A DNA stretch of 64,000 bases from Stegostoma tigrinum (lineage: Eukaryota). The position numbers and the translations under genes were made by a program. Below, in pieces: positions 52,512 to 64,000 of this stretch (position 1 is the first letter of the stretch; every line of letters begins with the position of its first letter). Under the pieces are notes generated by a model. It saw nothing but the letters and a program-made list of their open reading frames with translations. It was not told where the DNA came from and ran no database searches. The stretch is from assembly GCF_030684315.1 (NCBI RefSeq), contig NC_081374.1, positions 13,504,837-13,568,836 of the forward strand. The letters are read 5' to 3'.

Positions 52512-52752
52512 GAGAAAACAAGGTGTAGAGCTGGATAAACACAGCAGGTCAAGCAGCATCAGAGGAGCAGGAAAGCTGACGTTTCGGGTCTGGACCCTTC
52601 TTCAGAAATGGGCATTTCTACATTTCTGAAGAAGGGTCCAGACCCAAAACGTCAGCTTTCCTGCTCCTCTGATGCTGCTTTGTCTGCTGTGTTCATCCAG
52701 TTCTATACCTTGTTATCTCAGAATCTCCAGCATCGGTAGTTCCTGCTATCTC
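52512..52752 (+). mobile_element. Fold-back Penelope-derived element (family related to the 13.4-kb element)
   Basis: Near-perfect inverted arms around about 52615. The minus-strand arm has an intact CTGAAGA-A-GGGT-CCAG-ACCC-GAAAC-GTC motif (52578-52605). Confidence 0.8.
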
Positions 52753-52784
52753 TCTATCAATGTAGGTTTGCTTATTTATTAAGA

Positions 52785-53476
52785 ATGCTGAAGGTAAGCA
52801 TGCAGGTGCAGCAAGCAGTAAAGAAGCCAAATAGTATGTTGGCCTTCATTGCAAGAGGTTTCATGTACAGGAGCAGGGATATGTAGTTGCAGTTTTACAG
52901 GGGCTTGGTGAGGCCATACCTTGTATATTGTTGGCAGTTTTGGTCTCTTTTTCTGAGGAAGGATGCTCTTGCTCTCTAAGGAGTGCAGCAGACGTTTACC
53001 AGGCTGATTCTGGGGATGGTGGGTTTGATGTATGAGGAAAGATCGACTAGGTTGGGATTCTTTTTGCTAGAGTTCAGGTGAATGAGGGGGGATCTCACAG
53101 AGTTCTATAAAATTTTAACAGGACTGGACAGGGTAGATACAAGGAGGATGTTCCTAATAGTAGGTGTGTCTAGAGCCAGGAGTCAGAGTGTGAGGATTCA
53201 GATAGGTGATTTAGGAAAAAGATGAGGAGATATTTTTTCATCCAGAGAGTGGTGAGTCTGTGGAATTCATTACCACAGAAAGTAGCTGATGCCAAAACAT
53301 TGAATGTATTCAAGACATGACTAGATATAGCACTAGGAGCGAATGGGATCAAAGGTAACAGGGAAAAAGCAGGATTAGGCAATTGAGTTGGATGAGCAGC
53401 CATGGTCATGAAGAATGGCGGAGGAGGCTTGAAGGGCCGAATGGCCTCCTCCTGCTCCTACCTTCTATGTTTCTAT
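52785..53476 (+). mobile_element. CR1 LINE 3' part
   Basis: VQQAVKKPNSMLAFIARG...FFIQRVVSLWNSLPQK, and tail ctatgtttctat. Confidence 0.9.
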
Positions 53477-55016
53477 ATTATATATGTGGAAGTGCTGTCA
53501 GGTCCTGTGATGCTATAGACTAGTAAAGAGTACTAATGCCAATCAGGAGCATTGCGGGCAACTTTATTCCAAGCTGCCAAGGGCAACTAGGGACAGACAA
53601 TAAATGCTGGACCAGCCAACAATTTCCACATCCCATGGGCAAATTTAAAAGAAATGTTATTGGTTGTATCACTGGTTTTCCTGCCTGCCTACTCTCATGT
53701 GAAGTTAAAAGAGCAAATTGGGTATTATGTACAATAAGCTGATCTTGTGTTTTCTCCTTCTGCCGTGGTTCAGGTTAAAATATCCCTGGTAATACAGTGT
53801 ATTATGCAAATTTCATAGTTTCCAGTAATCCAGAAAATATCAATACCAATATTTGTACAATTGTCAAAAAACACAATGCATCAGTTTAAACTGATCTACT
53901 TTGGGCTTTCTCTTGTTTAAATAGAAACATGTGGGCCTATTAAATCAATATGCTAACTTACAAAAAATGGTGACACCCATGTGCAGGATCATAACTGCTT
54001 CTCTGTTCAAACACAATTGTGCTTATCAATGTCAGATTTGTGTTTTGACTTCATCTGCAAGGTGAACTCACATCAATCCGATGCTCTCTATAACAACAGA
54101 CTAACTCTGAACACCAAGTAAATCTTGGAGTCACTAAATGTGTGGGTTGCTACACCATAAGTATCTGTTCTGATAAATGTTGGTATGATAAAGGGTGTGT
54201 TGACCATAAATCTATTTCAAGCTCAGTATGTTTAAAGGTTGGGGTCATCTTAGAATGAAATACAGCCACAAGTTTTATCAATTTAGATAGGTAATCTTAA
54301 CCATTCTTGGCAATTCAAAACAGCCAATTTAATTGTTACAGTATAAGCTTGAATAGTCGTTGATTGTTAAAGCTATTTCCAATTGTTTGCTTTCTTGTGT
54401 AAGGCTCTCATTATTCATCTGAAAACGGAATGCTGGGTGGTGCCGTTCTCTTCAGTTCCACCCGTGTTGCTGTGTATCTGATTCATTGGAAGTGAATGCC
54501 TGTAGAAGAAACTGGACTTGCTCATCCACTTTTTTCCTCATTCCTTCAGGGGAACTGTTTTGTATCATTTCTGCTCTCTTGGGAACGAGTGCGGTGGAAG
54601 TCAGGAACTTGTTTATGAAGAGTTTCTGACCCTCTTGCTAATCTGTTTGTCTACAGGGCTTGAAATTTTAATTGGAAAAAAATGTCACCAAAGCAATTCA
54701 TGAAAGCTGGGAAACAACTTATTAAAAATGATTAAAATGTGGTGCTAGTTTCAAAGCTTAGGGTTTCTATTTTCTTGCCTGTGACAATCTACTGGGAATG
54801 TTTTTGCAAGAAAATACTATCCTGATCTTAACAAAACGGGCACCAAAATTTCAGGAGTTAAATTATAATAAAACTATTGATGTGGAACATGAAAATAATA
54901 CAAGTCACTTTGAAATGACACTGATTGTGATACACTGACACTTGATGCTTTGTCAACTGTGGGAAATATTCTGTAGATGAGCTGACAACAACTTTGTCAA
55001 ATATATTACACACTCG

Positions 55017-55252
55017 TGAAATCACTCCACAGAGGCCAGTATCAGGTCACCAAGTCACCACTTATTCACACGTACATCGCACTTGACTCTGATCTATCTC
55101 CCTCAGAACCAGCTGTCAGAATGAACAGAACCTCTGACACTCCTGTTTATATCTGTCAGCCAGGGCTCCCTAATTGGACCAGATTAACAGCCCTATTCAA
55201 GGAACTCATATTCCATGAGAGCCAACTGACAGACCTTGTTACTGTCATTATA
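55017..55252 (-). mobile_element. Solo LTR (probably Gypsy-type)
   Basis: Homologous to 33843-34056 with the same CCAAT/TATA/AATAAA order. Confidence 0.65.
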
Positions 55253-56234
55253 TCAGGGTTTCCCATTTGCCAATTGTCACTGTCTGACTTTTCCTTATTG
55301 TTCTATTACTATTCCAATTTGTCCAAATACCTGGAACCATTCCTTATGGTGGATGACCAGATCACTCCCCCTCTCGGTACTGCTTCCCACAGCTGTGGAC
55401 ATTTTGACACTATTCCTTAATTACTGCTTCTTCAGTTTTTTGTTGAAGCATTTCCTCTGTCCCCATGTTGCTCTTTCTCCTATTGACTAGCTATCAAATA
55501 CAGCATTCATCTCCATGTAGATACAATCCAATCCCGCAGAGCTTCTGTTCATTCCTCAGAAAAAAACTATAACAGGTTGAACAGCTCTTGATAGAGCACT
55601 GCAAGAGACATCTAAACAAACGGCTAACAGAATGGACTGGAAACTTACCGAAATGAAATCGAAATAACATTGTCAAGGGTGATGATGCACCCTAGCTCCT
55701 GAGGTGAACAATGGTCTTCAAAGATCCAAAAAAGATTCTGTACTGACCCTGATGTGGGCTGGAGCAATTTACTGCTCAATATTTTGCCTTTTCACTTAGT
55801 TTGCATGAGATGTCATCGATGTAAGTGCGGCATTCCTGGATCCCCCATTGCCGCATGCAAAGGGGTTCATGGTTATTCATGTTTAAAAATGCAGTGATCA
55901 CTGTACTTGCACTGTCTTCCTGTAGCTTTGCTTTAACCTCAAACTGTGTAACTTCGAAGGACAATGGAATAAATGGTTACATTCTGTCTGGCTTTCATCT
56001 CCAGGTCCAATGGGCCAGATGGCCTACTCCTGCACCTGTTAATTTTGTTCTTATGACTGAGCACGCTGCCTCATGATGTAGAACGTAGACCACTTAGCTT
56101 TGTGTTTTATATGGCAAGTCTTTGGGTTCATCTTCAGGTTGGTAGGAGGTGAGCATTCCGGTTGTTGTTTCTTTTGGTTAAGCAGTAACACAAGCTGAGC
56201 TCCGAAAATTGATTCATGATTGGTATAATTGTTA

Positions 56235-56895
56235 AAGCTTGTGCCACATGTAAACAGGATGGTTAAAAAGACACTTGGATGCTCAGTCCTACGAGTATAC
56301 GACTTGGGACATTATCTTGAGGTTGTACAGAGCATTGGTAAGGCCTCCTTTGGAATACTGTGTCCAGTTCTGGTTGCTCAGTTCTAGGAAGGGTAGTATC
56401 CAGCTGGAGACAGTTCAGAAGAGATTTACTAGAATGTTGCTGGGTATAGAAGGCTTGAGTTTTAAGGAAAGGCTGGTTAGGCTGAGATTTTTTTCACTGG
56501 AGTGTAGGAGGTTCAGAGGTAACCCGATAGGAGTTTCTAAAATAATGACAGGTATAGATAGAGTTGATGGAGTTTGTCTTTTCTCTAAGATGGGAATTTC
56601 ATGACTCGGATCACATTTTTAAGGGAGAGGAGACAAATTTAAAAAATACATAAGAGGCAAATTTTTTACACAAAGAGTGGCTCACGTACGGAATGAACTT
56701 CCAGACGAAGCGGTGGAGGTGGGTACAATTACAACATTGAAAAGACATTTGGATGGATATATGAATAAGAAAAGTTTGGAGGGATATGGGCCTGGAGCAG
56801 GCAATTGGGACTCATTTAGTTTGGGATTATGTTGGGTAAGGACTAGTTGGCCCAAAGGGGCTGTTTCCATGCTGTATGTCTCTATGACTCCATGA
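56235..56895 (+). mobile_element. CR1 LINE 3' part
   Basis: LYRALVRPPLEYCVQFW...LETVQKRFTRML, and tail ctatgactccatga. Confidence 0.92.
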
Positions 56896-57499
56896 CTTCA
56901 CATAAAGGGTGGAATTTTCCAATTTTCCAGGGGGTGAGGGAAGGGGGTAGGAATCCTGGATAATTAGGCAAGCTGTTGCTAGGACTGGTGTCAGACATTG
57001 TCCTACCGCTGCCCATCTAACATCCAAGTTAAAAAGTCAGTGGGCAACCTTCTGTTGTGTCTCTACTTTTAAGAAGCTTGTGTGGTCAGGTAACTACCAT
57101 TAGAAGCCAATTGAGGGCTTATTGCTGCCTCGGCTGCAATTTTCTCAGCTACAATTGAGAAAGATGAAAAGCTGTCTCATTGAGAGATAGAACTACTTGT
57201 GGACTGTAAGTTTGTTTGGTGGAGATATGGAGGAGGTGGGAGATTTGTGAGATCCCTTGATCTTAAAGAATTGAGGGTGCCTTGTTATAGACTACTAACA
57301 ACCATCCCAGTGCCCTTCCTTCCAGCTCCCTCTCCTTGTGATCCCCCACTCAATGGGACACTCCCTTGACAACACCTGGCTTTGTTCCTAGTTCCTCCAT
57401 CCTGGAATCTTGGGGTTGGGGTGGGAATCTATAGAGCAGCAGTCACTGTTTCCTCAGTGGTTCTGAATAACTGTAATGCCCGCACTGCTTATACTTTCC

Positions 57500-57858
57500 T
57501 TTTCTTTATTCATATACAGGTTGGGGGCATCACTGGCTAGACAGCATTTATAACCCATTCCTAATTGCCCAGAGGGCAGTTCAGAGTCAACCACATTGCT
57601 GTGGGTCTGGAGTCACATGTAGGCCAGACCAGGAAAGGATGGCTGTTTCCTTCCCTAAAGGGCATTAGCAAACCAGACGGGTTTTTCCTGACAATTGGCA
57701 ATAGATTCACAGTCATCATTAGACTATTAATTCCAGATATTTATCAAATTCAGATTCCATCATCTGTTATGGTGGGATTCAAATCCATGTCCCCAGAACA
57801 TTATCTGGGTCTCTGGATTAACAGTCCAGCGACAACACTCCTAGGCCATCGCCTCTCC
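57500..57858 (-). mobile_element. tRNA-derived SINE, second family (near full length)
   Basis: Reverse complement of the 24540 copy. More decayed copies lie at about 12450-12625 (-), 34500-34790 (+), 59680-60210 (+) and 63400-63705 (-). Confidence 0.8.
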
Positions 57859-57901
57859 ATTAACTTGATCTCCAGGATTGACCATGTCCCAAAGCTGGAC
57901 A

Positions 57902-58330
57902 GTAAGACAATAAGACATAGGAGTGGAAGTAAGGCCATTTGGCCCATCAAGCCAACTCCGCCATTTAAATCATGGCTGATGGGCATTTCAACACCACTTC
58001 CCTGCACTCTCCCCGTAGCCCTTGATTCCTTCTGAGATCAAGAATTTGTCGCTCTCTACCTTGAAGACATCCAACGTCCCAGCCTCCACAAGCCCACCAC
58101 TCTCTGGCTGAAGAAATGTCGTCTCATTTCAGTTTTAAATTTACCCCCTCTAATTTTAAGACTATGCCCACGGTTCCTAGTCTCTCTGCCTAACGGAAGC
58201 AACTTCTTAGTGTCCACCCCTTCTAAACCGTACATTATCTTGTAAGTTTCTATTAGATCTCCCCTCAACCTTCTAAACTCTAATGAGTACAATCCCATGA
58301 TCCTTAGCCATTCATCATACATTAAACCTA
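57902..58330 (-). mobile_element. CR1 LINE 3' fragment
   Basis: GLYSLEFRRLRGDLIETYKI...RHFFSQRVVGLW. More CR1 scraps lie at about 58900-59130. Confidence 0.9.
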
Positions 58331-60429
58331 GTAAGGACAAAGATCACCCAGACTCTGGTTATGTCAAGTATCCAGCTGGCTGTAGCCACACTCCTGGGCT
58401 GGACTGTGATGATACACTTTGACTGACTGTAATCTCCATTCATCCCATTAAGGACTGCTATCCTTTGACTTTCACCCATCACCATTTCTTGCAGCACATG
58501 CAGTGTGTTTGCCACATAAACTGCAGGCACATAGAGCTGTTCTGATGCTGATGTCGTATGGTGCCAGGCAGCGACATGTTCAGCCTTTTGACTGTTCATT
58601 GCTCCCCACCATCGTAAGATGCTTGCCTCTCCATCTCTGCCATGCACAGCATCTGGCAAACTGTAATTGAACACAAAAGACCATGTGCAGTTAGAAAGCA
58701 ATGTGACCCCACACAAAGGTTGGCACTGAGTTAGTCAGTGCTGAAGTCAGTGAGTGTGCATTAAGAAAGCAATGAGCAATATACAGAGGTTAGAAATCTC
58801 CGACTGAGCACAACCTGAGTGAACTCTTAGAAATTAGGCAAAGACCCATAAAAAGAATCCTTTGCAGATGCATAAGATGTATGTGTTTTTGGGGCTAACA
58901 AGATGAAGGTAGTGGGGAGAGAGCAGGAACTGGGTAAGGAGTTGGATGATCAGCCATGAGTATAATGAATGGCAGAGCAGGCTTGAAGGGCTGAATTGCC
59001 TACTCCAGTTCCTGAAAACTTGTATCAAATCTCTTCTCAGTCTTCTTCTGTCCCCGGAGAATAGTCCCAACATTTTCAATCTATGCTCATAACTGAAGTT
59101 TGTCATTCCTGGAACCACTCTTATAAATGGACTGAGGTGCCTACAGTCCTTTGTGGACTATTTCATCTCGACAGTGCTGACCAGGAAATCAGAACCATTG
59201 TGTAGGAAATTGCTGTGTGACTGTGGAATGAACAAAATATGTTCTCCAAACGGAGCCTCTAAATGCTTCTGGTATGCACCCCAGATAGTGACAGAACACA
59301 ATGTAACCAGTAGTTTGTAGTCATAGGATACATGTGAAAGAAGATTTCCTCTGCTCAATTTGCATCATAACAGAAGGATATCCTCAGATTGATATATCCA
59401 GCAGTATTTGGAACTGTTGGACTATTTCATGTTTACAATATTGCTAGCACATGGTTTCCATATAGTTATTCCCTTGTGTAGAATAGCAGAGGTTGTGGTT
59501 ATTTGGAGTCATCCACTGTGCTCTGGATCTGGCGTAACATGTGGGTTGCGGTTAGCAATATTTTCTTTCTAGCAGTGTTTTTTGCGCAGGAGGGAGATTG
59601 TGCCTGTTGTAGACTAATTTGAACAGATTGATTGATATGAGTGATCATGAGTGGTACTACCCCATTTTATGACCCAAAAGTTAGCTTAATTGGTAATGTC
59701 CTGGACTAGTAAGCTAGAAGCCTGAACTAATATTTGTGAGATGTGAACTCAAATTCTAACAGAGCAGATGTTGGAACTGATCATTGTGGCCATAGAACTG
59801 TCATATTATTATTATAAAATGCCCATCTTGTTCACTTGTGCTCTTTTGGGTTAAAAACAATCTTCCACCCTTAATATGTATCTACTTCTTGTAACACCAG
59901 ATCCACATCAATGTGGTTGATTCCTTTCTATCCTCTGAAATGGCTTAGCAACATCACAGAAAAGTCAAACAAAAATAAAACCTGATGGACAGCGAGCATT
60001 GGCATAAGAACCAGCAACAACTTCCCTTCCTGTTGACACTTCCAAGTCCTCCTCACTAATGTCCTTGAGGGAAGGAAACTACCATCCTTACCTGGTTGGG
60101 CCTACATATGACTCCAGACCCATAGCAATGTGGTTGATTCTGAACTGCCCTCTGGGCAATAAATACAGCTGGCTAGCAATGCCCTCATTCCATGAATAAA
60201 TAAAGGAAAATTAGATCCCAGACTTTTTCATTTTGACTTTAACAAACTGTCATTTACTGAAATATAAACATGTAGCACTGCAGATTCAGGATAGCATTAA
60301 CAATAAATGGAAGTTTGTTATACAAAATAAATGCAATTAAACCAAGCTATTTACTTATTACACAAATTTAAAAGGTTTTGAAACCCATGGTAAAATACAC
60401 TCACATTAATCCCAAAATTTATCTTTTTC

Positions 60430-60562
60430 TCTCTCTGAAGAAAGGTCTCGACTAGAAATGTCAACTTTCTGCTCCTCTGATGCTGCTTGGCCTGCTGAGT
60501 TCATCCAGCTCTACACCGTGTTATCTCAGATTCTCCACCATCTCTATTTACTATATGTCTCC
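60430..60562 (+). repeat. Penelope terminal fragment starting at a decayed hammerhead
   Basis: ctctCTGAAGAaaggtctcgactaGAAAtGTC followed by the family terminus. Confidence 0.65.
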
Positions 60563-63500
60563 ACCATAATTTAGTTGTGTTTACTACATATCTTCACCTT
60601 AAGCTAATTTCCAAGTAAGTTGCCTGGCCTCAGTTATTGTGTCTTCTCCCACTCTGCAAGCGAAAGATGGCACATGGGAAAGATGTAACAAAAAAATATA
60701 TAAAAATCCCACTTTTGGAATCAGCAGTTTTTATGAATATAAAAATCGTGCTAAAGGTTCATCTTTATAAACCAGAACAATGGCCAGCATTGAGAATGTT
60801 TGAAATTGTCATAAATTTATTTCTTAAAAGATCCCAAAGTCTCTCAACTGTTGAAAGGACATTATTGACGTTGGTCTAAACCTGGATAAGGAGAAAAGCA
60901 CCCCAAGACCACAGCGATATCAGCATGGTTGGTGTTAAACTGCTGTTGGTTGACTTGTGCTTTTCTTGTCATTCAAGTTAAGTTGCAGATCTTGAGGATA
61001 ACACTAATGTTACTAAGTTAGTATGAATGTTGTCGTAATGACTTCAAAACTGACTTGGCAAATTCGCTGCACCGTAATCAGCATTTACAAAACTTCCACC
61101 AGCTTTAGGCATGCCATTGTTACTGCATAATGCATGCATCGTAGGACTATTATTTTAGGAGAAATGTGGGCAGAGCTGTGATTTTGTGGTTTTTACCAAG
61201 ACGCCAGCCAAAGTTAATCAGTGAAAGCAGCTTGACAATTTTATTTGATATTTCTGAAGCAATATCATGCCAGATTTGATTCACTTATTTAATTTATAAT
61301 CTTCACAGATGCTGCCAGATCTGTTGAGTTTCTCCAGCATTCTCTATGTTCGTTTCAGATTTCCAGGATCCGTGGTATTTTGCTTTTATTTATTGGAAAA
61401 TCATTTTTTAGGTGCTCAAGCTTTCAATCACAGCTCAGGCCACCAATATGTGTGTCCATGAGGGAGCCACAAAGGGGTGACCTAACACCATGCCCTTTTC
61501 ATTTGCATGTACATATATCCATTCTACTCTTCAAGTTTTATACAATGTTAGCAACTCAAATCTGATTTGCTGCACTGCAATACCCTACTTGGGGCAGGAA
61601 TCTCATTTATTTTCATTAAGTGACATCCCACACTCACAATGGAAGCAGCCTGCCCACATTTGGACACAGCTGGGCATCTAGAGTATTCTACCAGTTGGGT
61701 GTTGGAAGATCAGAACTCAGCATCTCATTCCTGTAGTATATTTTGTGATAATTGGTTCAATTTTTAAAGGTTTCCATGTTAGTCTTCACCTTCCTACATT
61801 CCATAAATCACCCCAATAACTTTCTCTGACTTCAAAATTTGTGCTTAGTCAGACCACTTGCGTGACTGTGATCACATTCCAATTTTGGTATGTGTGAATA
61901 GTTTTTAAATACATGATGACTCATCTAGTAAAACAAAAACATTTTCTTAAGGGTGAGTTGAAGTTCTATGAACAAGTCTGTGTATCTACTGTGTCAATTA
62001 TTGTTACTGCTGTGTGAGCTTCAAATCAGATTTTATTTTAGAACGAACGTTGGTAAGAGAGCTGAAGGCAGAACTGTAATTATGTGCCAGACAATATGAT
62101 GGAGAAGTACTGACTGAGATAAAGAGCAACATGCTTTCTGAATGAAAAAAAAGAAATAGCTGGCTGTTGAGATATTCAATTTCGTCTCAAGGTTTACTGA
62201 AGACGTTGGAGATCTATAGGCTAAGGGTTTGGTCTGAGCTTCTTGATGAAGTGTGTACAGTTGAAAGATCCTTGTTATTTCACATGAGCCCAGCCAAATC
62301 TGACTAAGTCCTCTCATTTGGCATGAAATACCACGTTCATGTCAACCCAAACTTTATTTCTTTCAGAAATGAATTATGCAACTTACAAATGGTTATTTCC
62401 ACGCCTCCAGCGTTCTAACATCAAATATTGCACTTTTGCTACAGTCCAACACCAAAAGAAAGATCTGTGCAAATATCAAGCGGTGGAAAGATTTTGAGCA
62501 CTGATTTGGAGACACCTGTGATTATAAAAATGCTCCATGCTTCGGTCCTTTTGTGTTGCTTCACCCATTCCTGTAAAAGCTACGGGACACAGAGTAGTTG
62601 AATGGAAAGTTGCCAAGGACATGGTTTCAAGGATTATTAATCAAGGGCAAAGGTCGGAATTTTAACCCTTCAACTTTTTGCTGACAAAACATTTCTAATT
62701 GCGGTAAACAACGGGATATCTGTCTACAAAACAACAAATGAAAAGAAGTGACAAACACAGAGGAGGAAATGCATACTCAGGACTGTGCAGGCCTTTGAAT
62801 AACTGGAATTGCTGCATAATTAGGAAGGAAAGATCAACAGAAATCAACGTGCTTCTCGTAATTGTTTCAATTTTCATGTTAATCGTCTCCCAAAGTGGAA
62901 AGTGATAGGAAAATGATTTGAGATGGATTTTCCTGCAGGTGAAACAAATAAATTGATGGAATGTTTGGGGTAAAAATATTAATTGAGAAGCTTGGCAATT
63001 GCTGAAATCAGTCAGTAATACATTCCTATAGCCTGACATTTAACTTAAGCTATGCAAAAAAGTGATATCAACAGGAGTGCATTATGGCATCTTGCATGTA
63101 AATTTCACCATTTGGAGTTGCTACTTGTCCACATCGTAATCACCTGATCTTGTGCAATTAAGAAGTGATCCTGAGTGTAAGCTGTGGAAGTTCGGAAAGG
63201 CATGACTTTCACCCAATCCTCTATATCCAGTGCAGATCTTGCCTATTTTCCTGGCCTTTTGCACCAACATGTTGGTCTCTTCCGTTATTGAGGATGGAGA
63301 TACTTGTGGAGCCTCCTCCTCAGTAAGTAGTTTAATTGTCCACCACGATTCATGGCTGGATGTAGCAGGACTGTGGAGCAATTCCTATGAACACTGTTTT
63401 GTTTTACTCATTGTGCATGTCACTGGCTGGGCCTGCAATTATAGTCCAAATTCACATCTGGGCCCAGAGTTGCGTGTAGAAGTATTAAAAACTGATTTCA

Positions 63501-63910
63501 CTCCGAGAGGGTATTAGTGAATCAAGTAGGTTTTTACAACAATCAATGGTGCTTCAAAGCAAAGCTGCAAAGCTGGTCATCAGCTTTTTTTAATTGAACT
63601 CAAATTTCCCCATCTGCCATGGTGGGATTAGAACTCACGTCCCTACAATATTAGCCTGGAGGTTTGGATTGCTAGTCCAGTGACGTTATCAATATGCTCC
63701 CCCCTCCCTATATTGTATTATAGAATACTGCCCTTGTCATTGCATCCAGCAGTGTATCCTCCACTTTAAGGTGTGGAGGGGAACTGACAGTTCACAATGT
63801 ATCTTTTAAAATACTTCATTCTTTGGGTCCTCCATCACCTCTTCCCGTTTACCCCTACAATCCACATTTGTTCATACTCCATCCCTAGAGAGTCACTACT
63901 TGTTTTACTA

Positions 63911-64000
63911 AGTGATAATGGGAACTGCAGATGCTGGAGAATCCAAGATAATAAAGTGTGAAGCTGGATGAACACAGCAGGCCAAGCAGCATCTCAGGAG
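63911..64000 (-). mobile_element. Penelope 3' end, cut by the window edge
   Basis: Near-identical to 27765-27854. Confidence 0.85.

Larger units (their letters stand above)
46750..52515. mobile_element. PIF/Harbinger DNA transposon fossil with convergent Myb-like (+) and transposase (-) genes
   Basis: TIR-like gggctggattt at about 46752, a Myb/SANT exon pair, and transposase C-terminal motifs on the minus strand. The right boundary is uncertain and may reach about 53790. Confidence 0.65.

Noticed and set aside
16900-57858. tRNA-like A/B boxes at SINE heads as tRNA genes
   Set aside because: Each continues into SINE body and tail sequence and lacks a full cloverleaf.
9575-58340. CR1-derived ORFs (9575, 38367, 47796, 48337, 56275, 58056) as genes
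   Set aside because: They are fragments of decayed LINE ORF2 with frameshifts and stops.
62042-62052. 11-nt AG/GT-bounded microexon
   Set aside because: It is not frame-preserving and has no supporting motifs, so it is likely chance.
1-64000. CRISPR arrays, operons, rRNA or prokaryotic defence systems
   Set aside because: No regularly spaced direct repeats, dense coding or rRNA-like sequence were seen; the window is vertebrate repeat-rich DNA.

Overview
This is eukaryotic, repeat-dominated intergenic or intronic DNA. The repeat content (CR1 LINEs, HE1/V-SINEs, Deu-domain SINEs, Penelope-like elements, Harbinger and Gypsy relics) points to a cartilaginous fish, probably a shark; that assignment is an inference from recalled repeat families, not a database result. 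No host protein-coding gene could be recognised. The only substantial intact reading frame is a young, 5'-truncated Penelope-like retroelement (RT C-terminus, Cys linker, GIY-YIG endonuclease) with an exact 15-bp TSD. The most notable signals are: (1) many short Penelope-derived insertions carrying minimal type-I hammerhead ribozyme motifs, several built as fold-back palindromes centred just 5' of the CUGANGA core and flanked by 12-15 bp TSDs; (2) a tRNA-Ser(GCT) pseudogene fused to an HE1 SINE inside another SINE; (3) a two-gene Harbinger fossil broken by nested insertions; (4) a local inverted templated duplication; (5) a probable retroviral env/PPT relic; (6) a candidate 21-nt microexon and candidate minus-strand exons. 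A 249-N gap is flanked by an inverted duplication that is probably an assembly artefact. Boundaries of old repeats are approximate and family names were assigned by eye.
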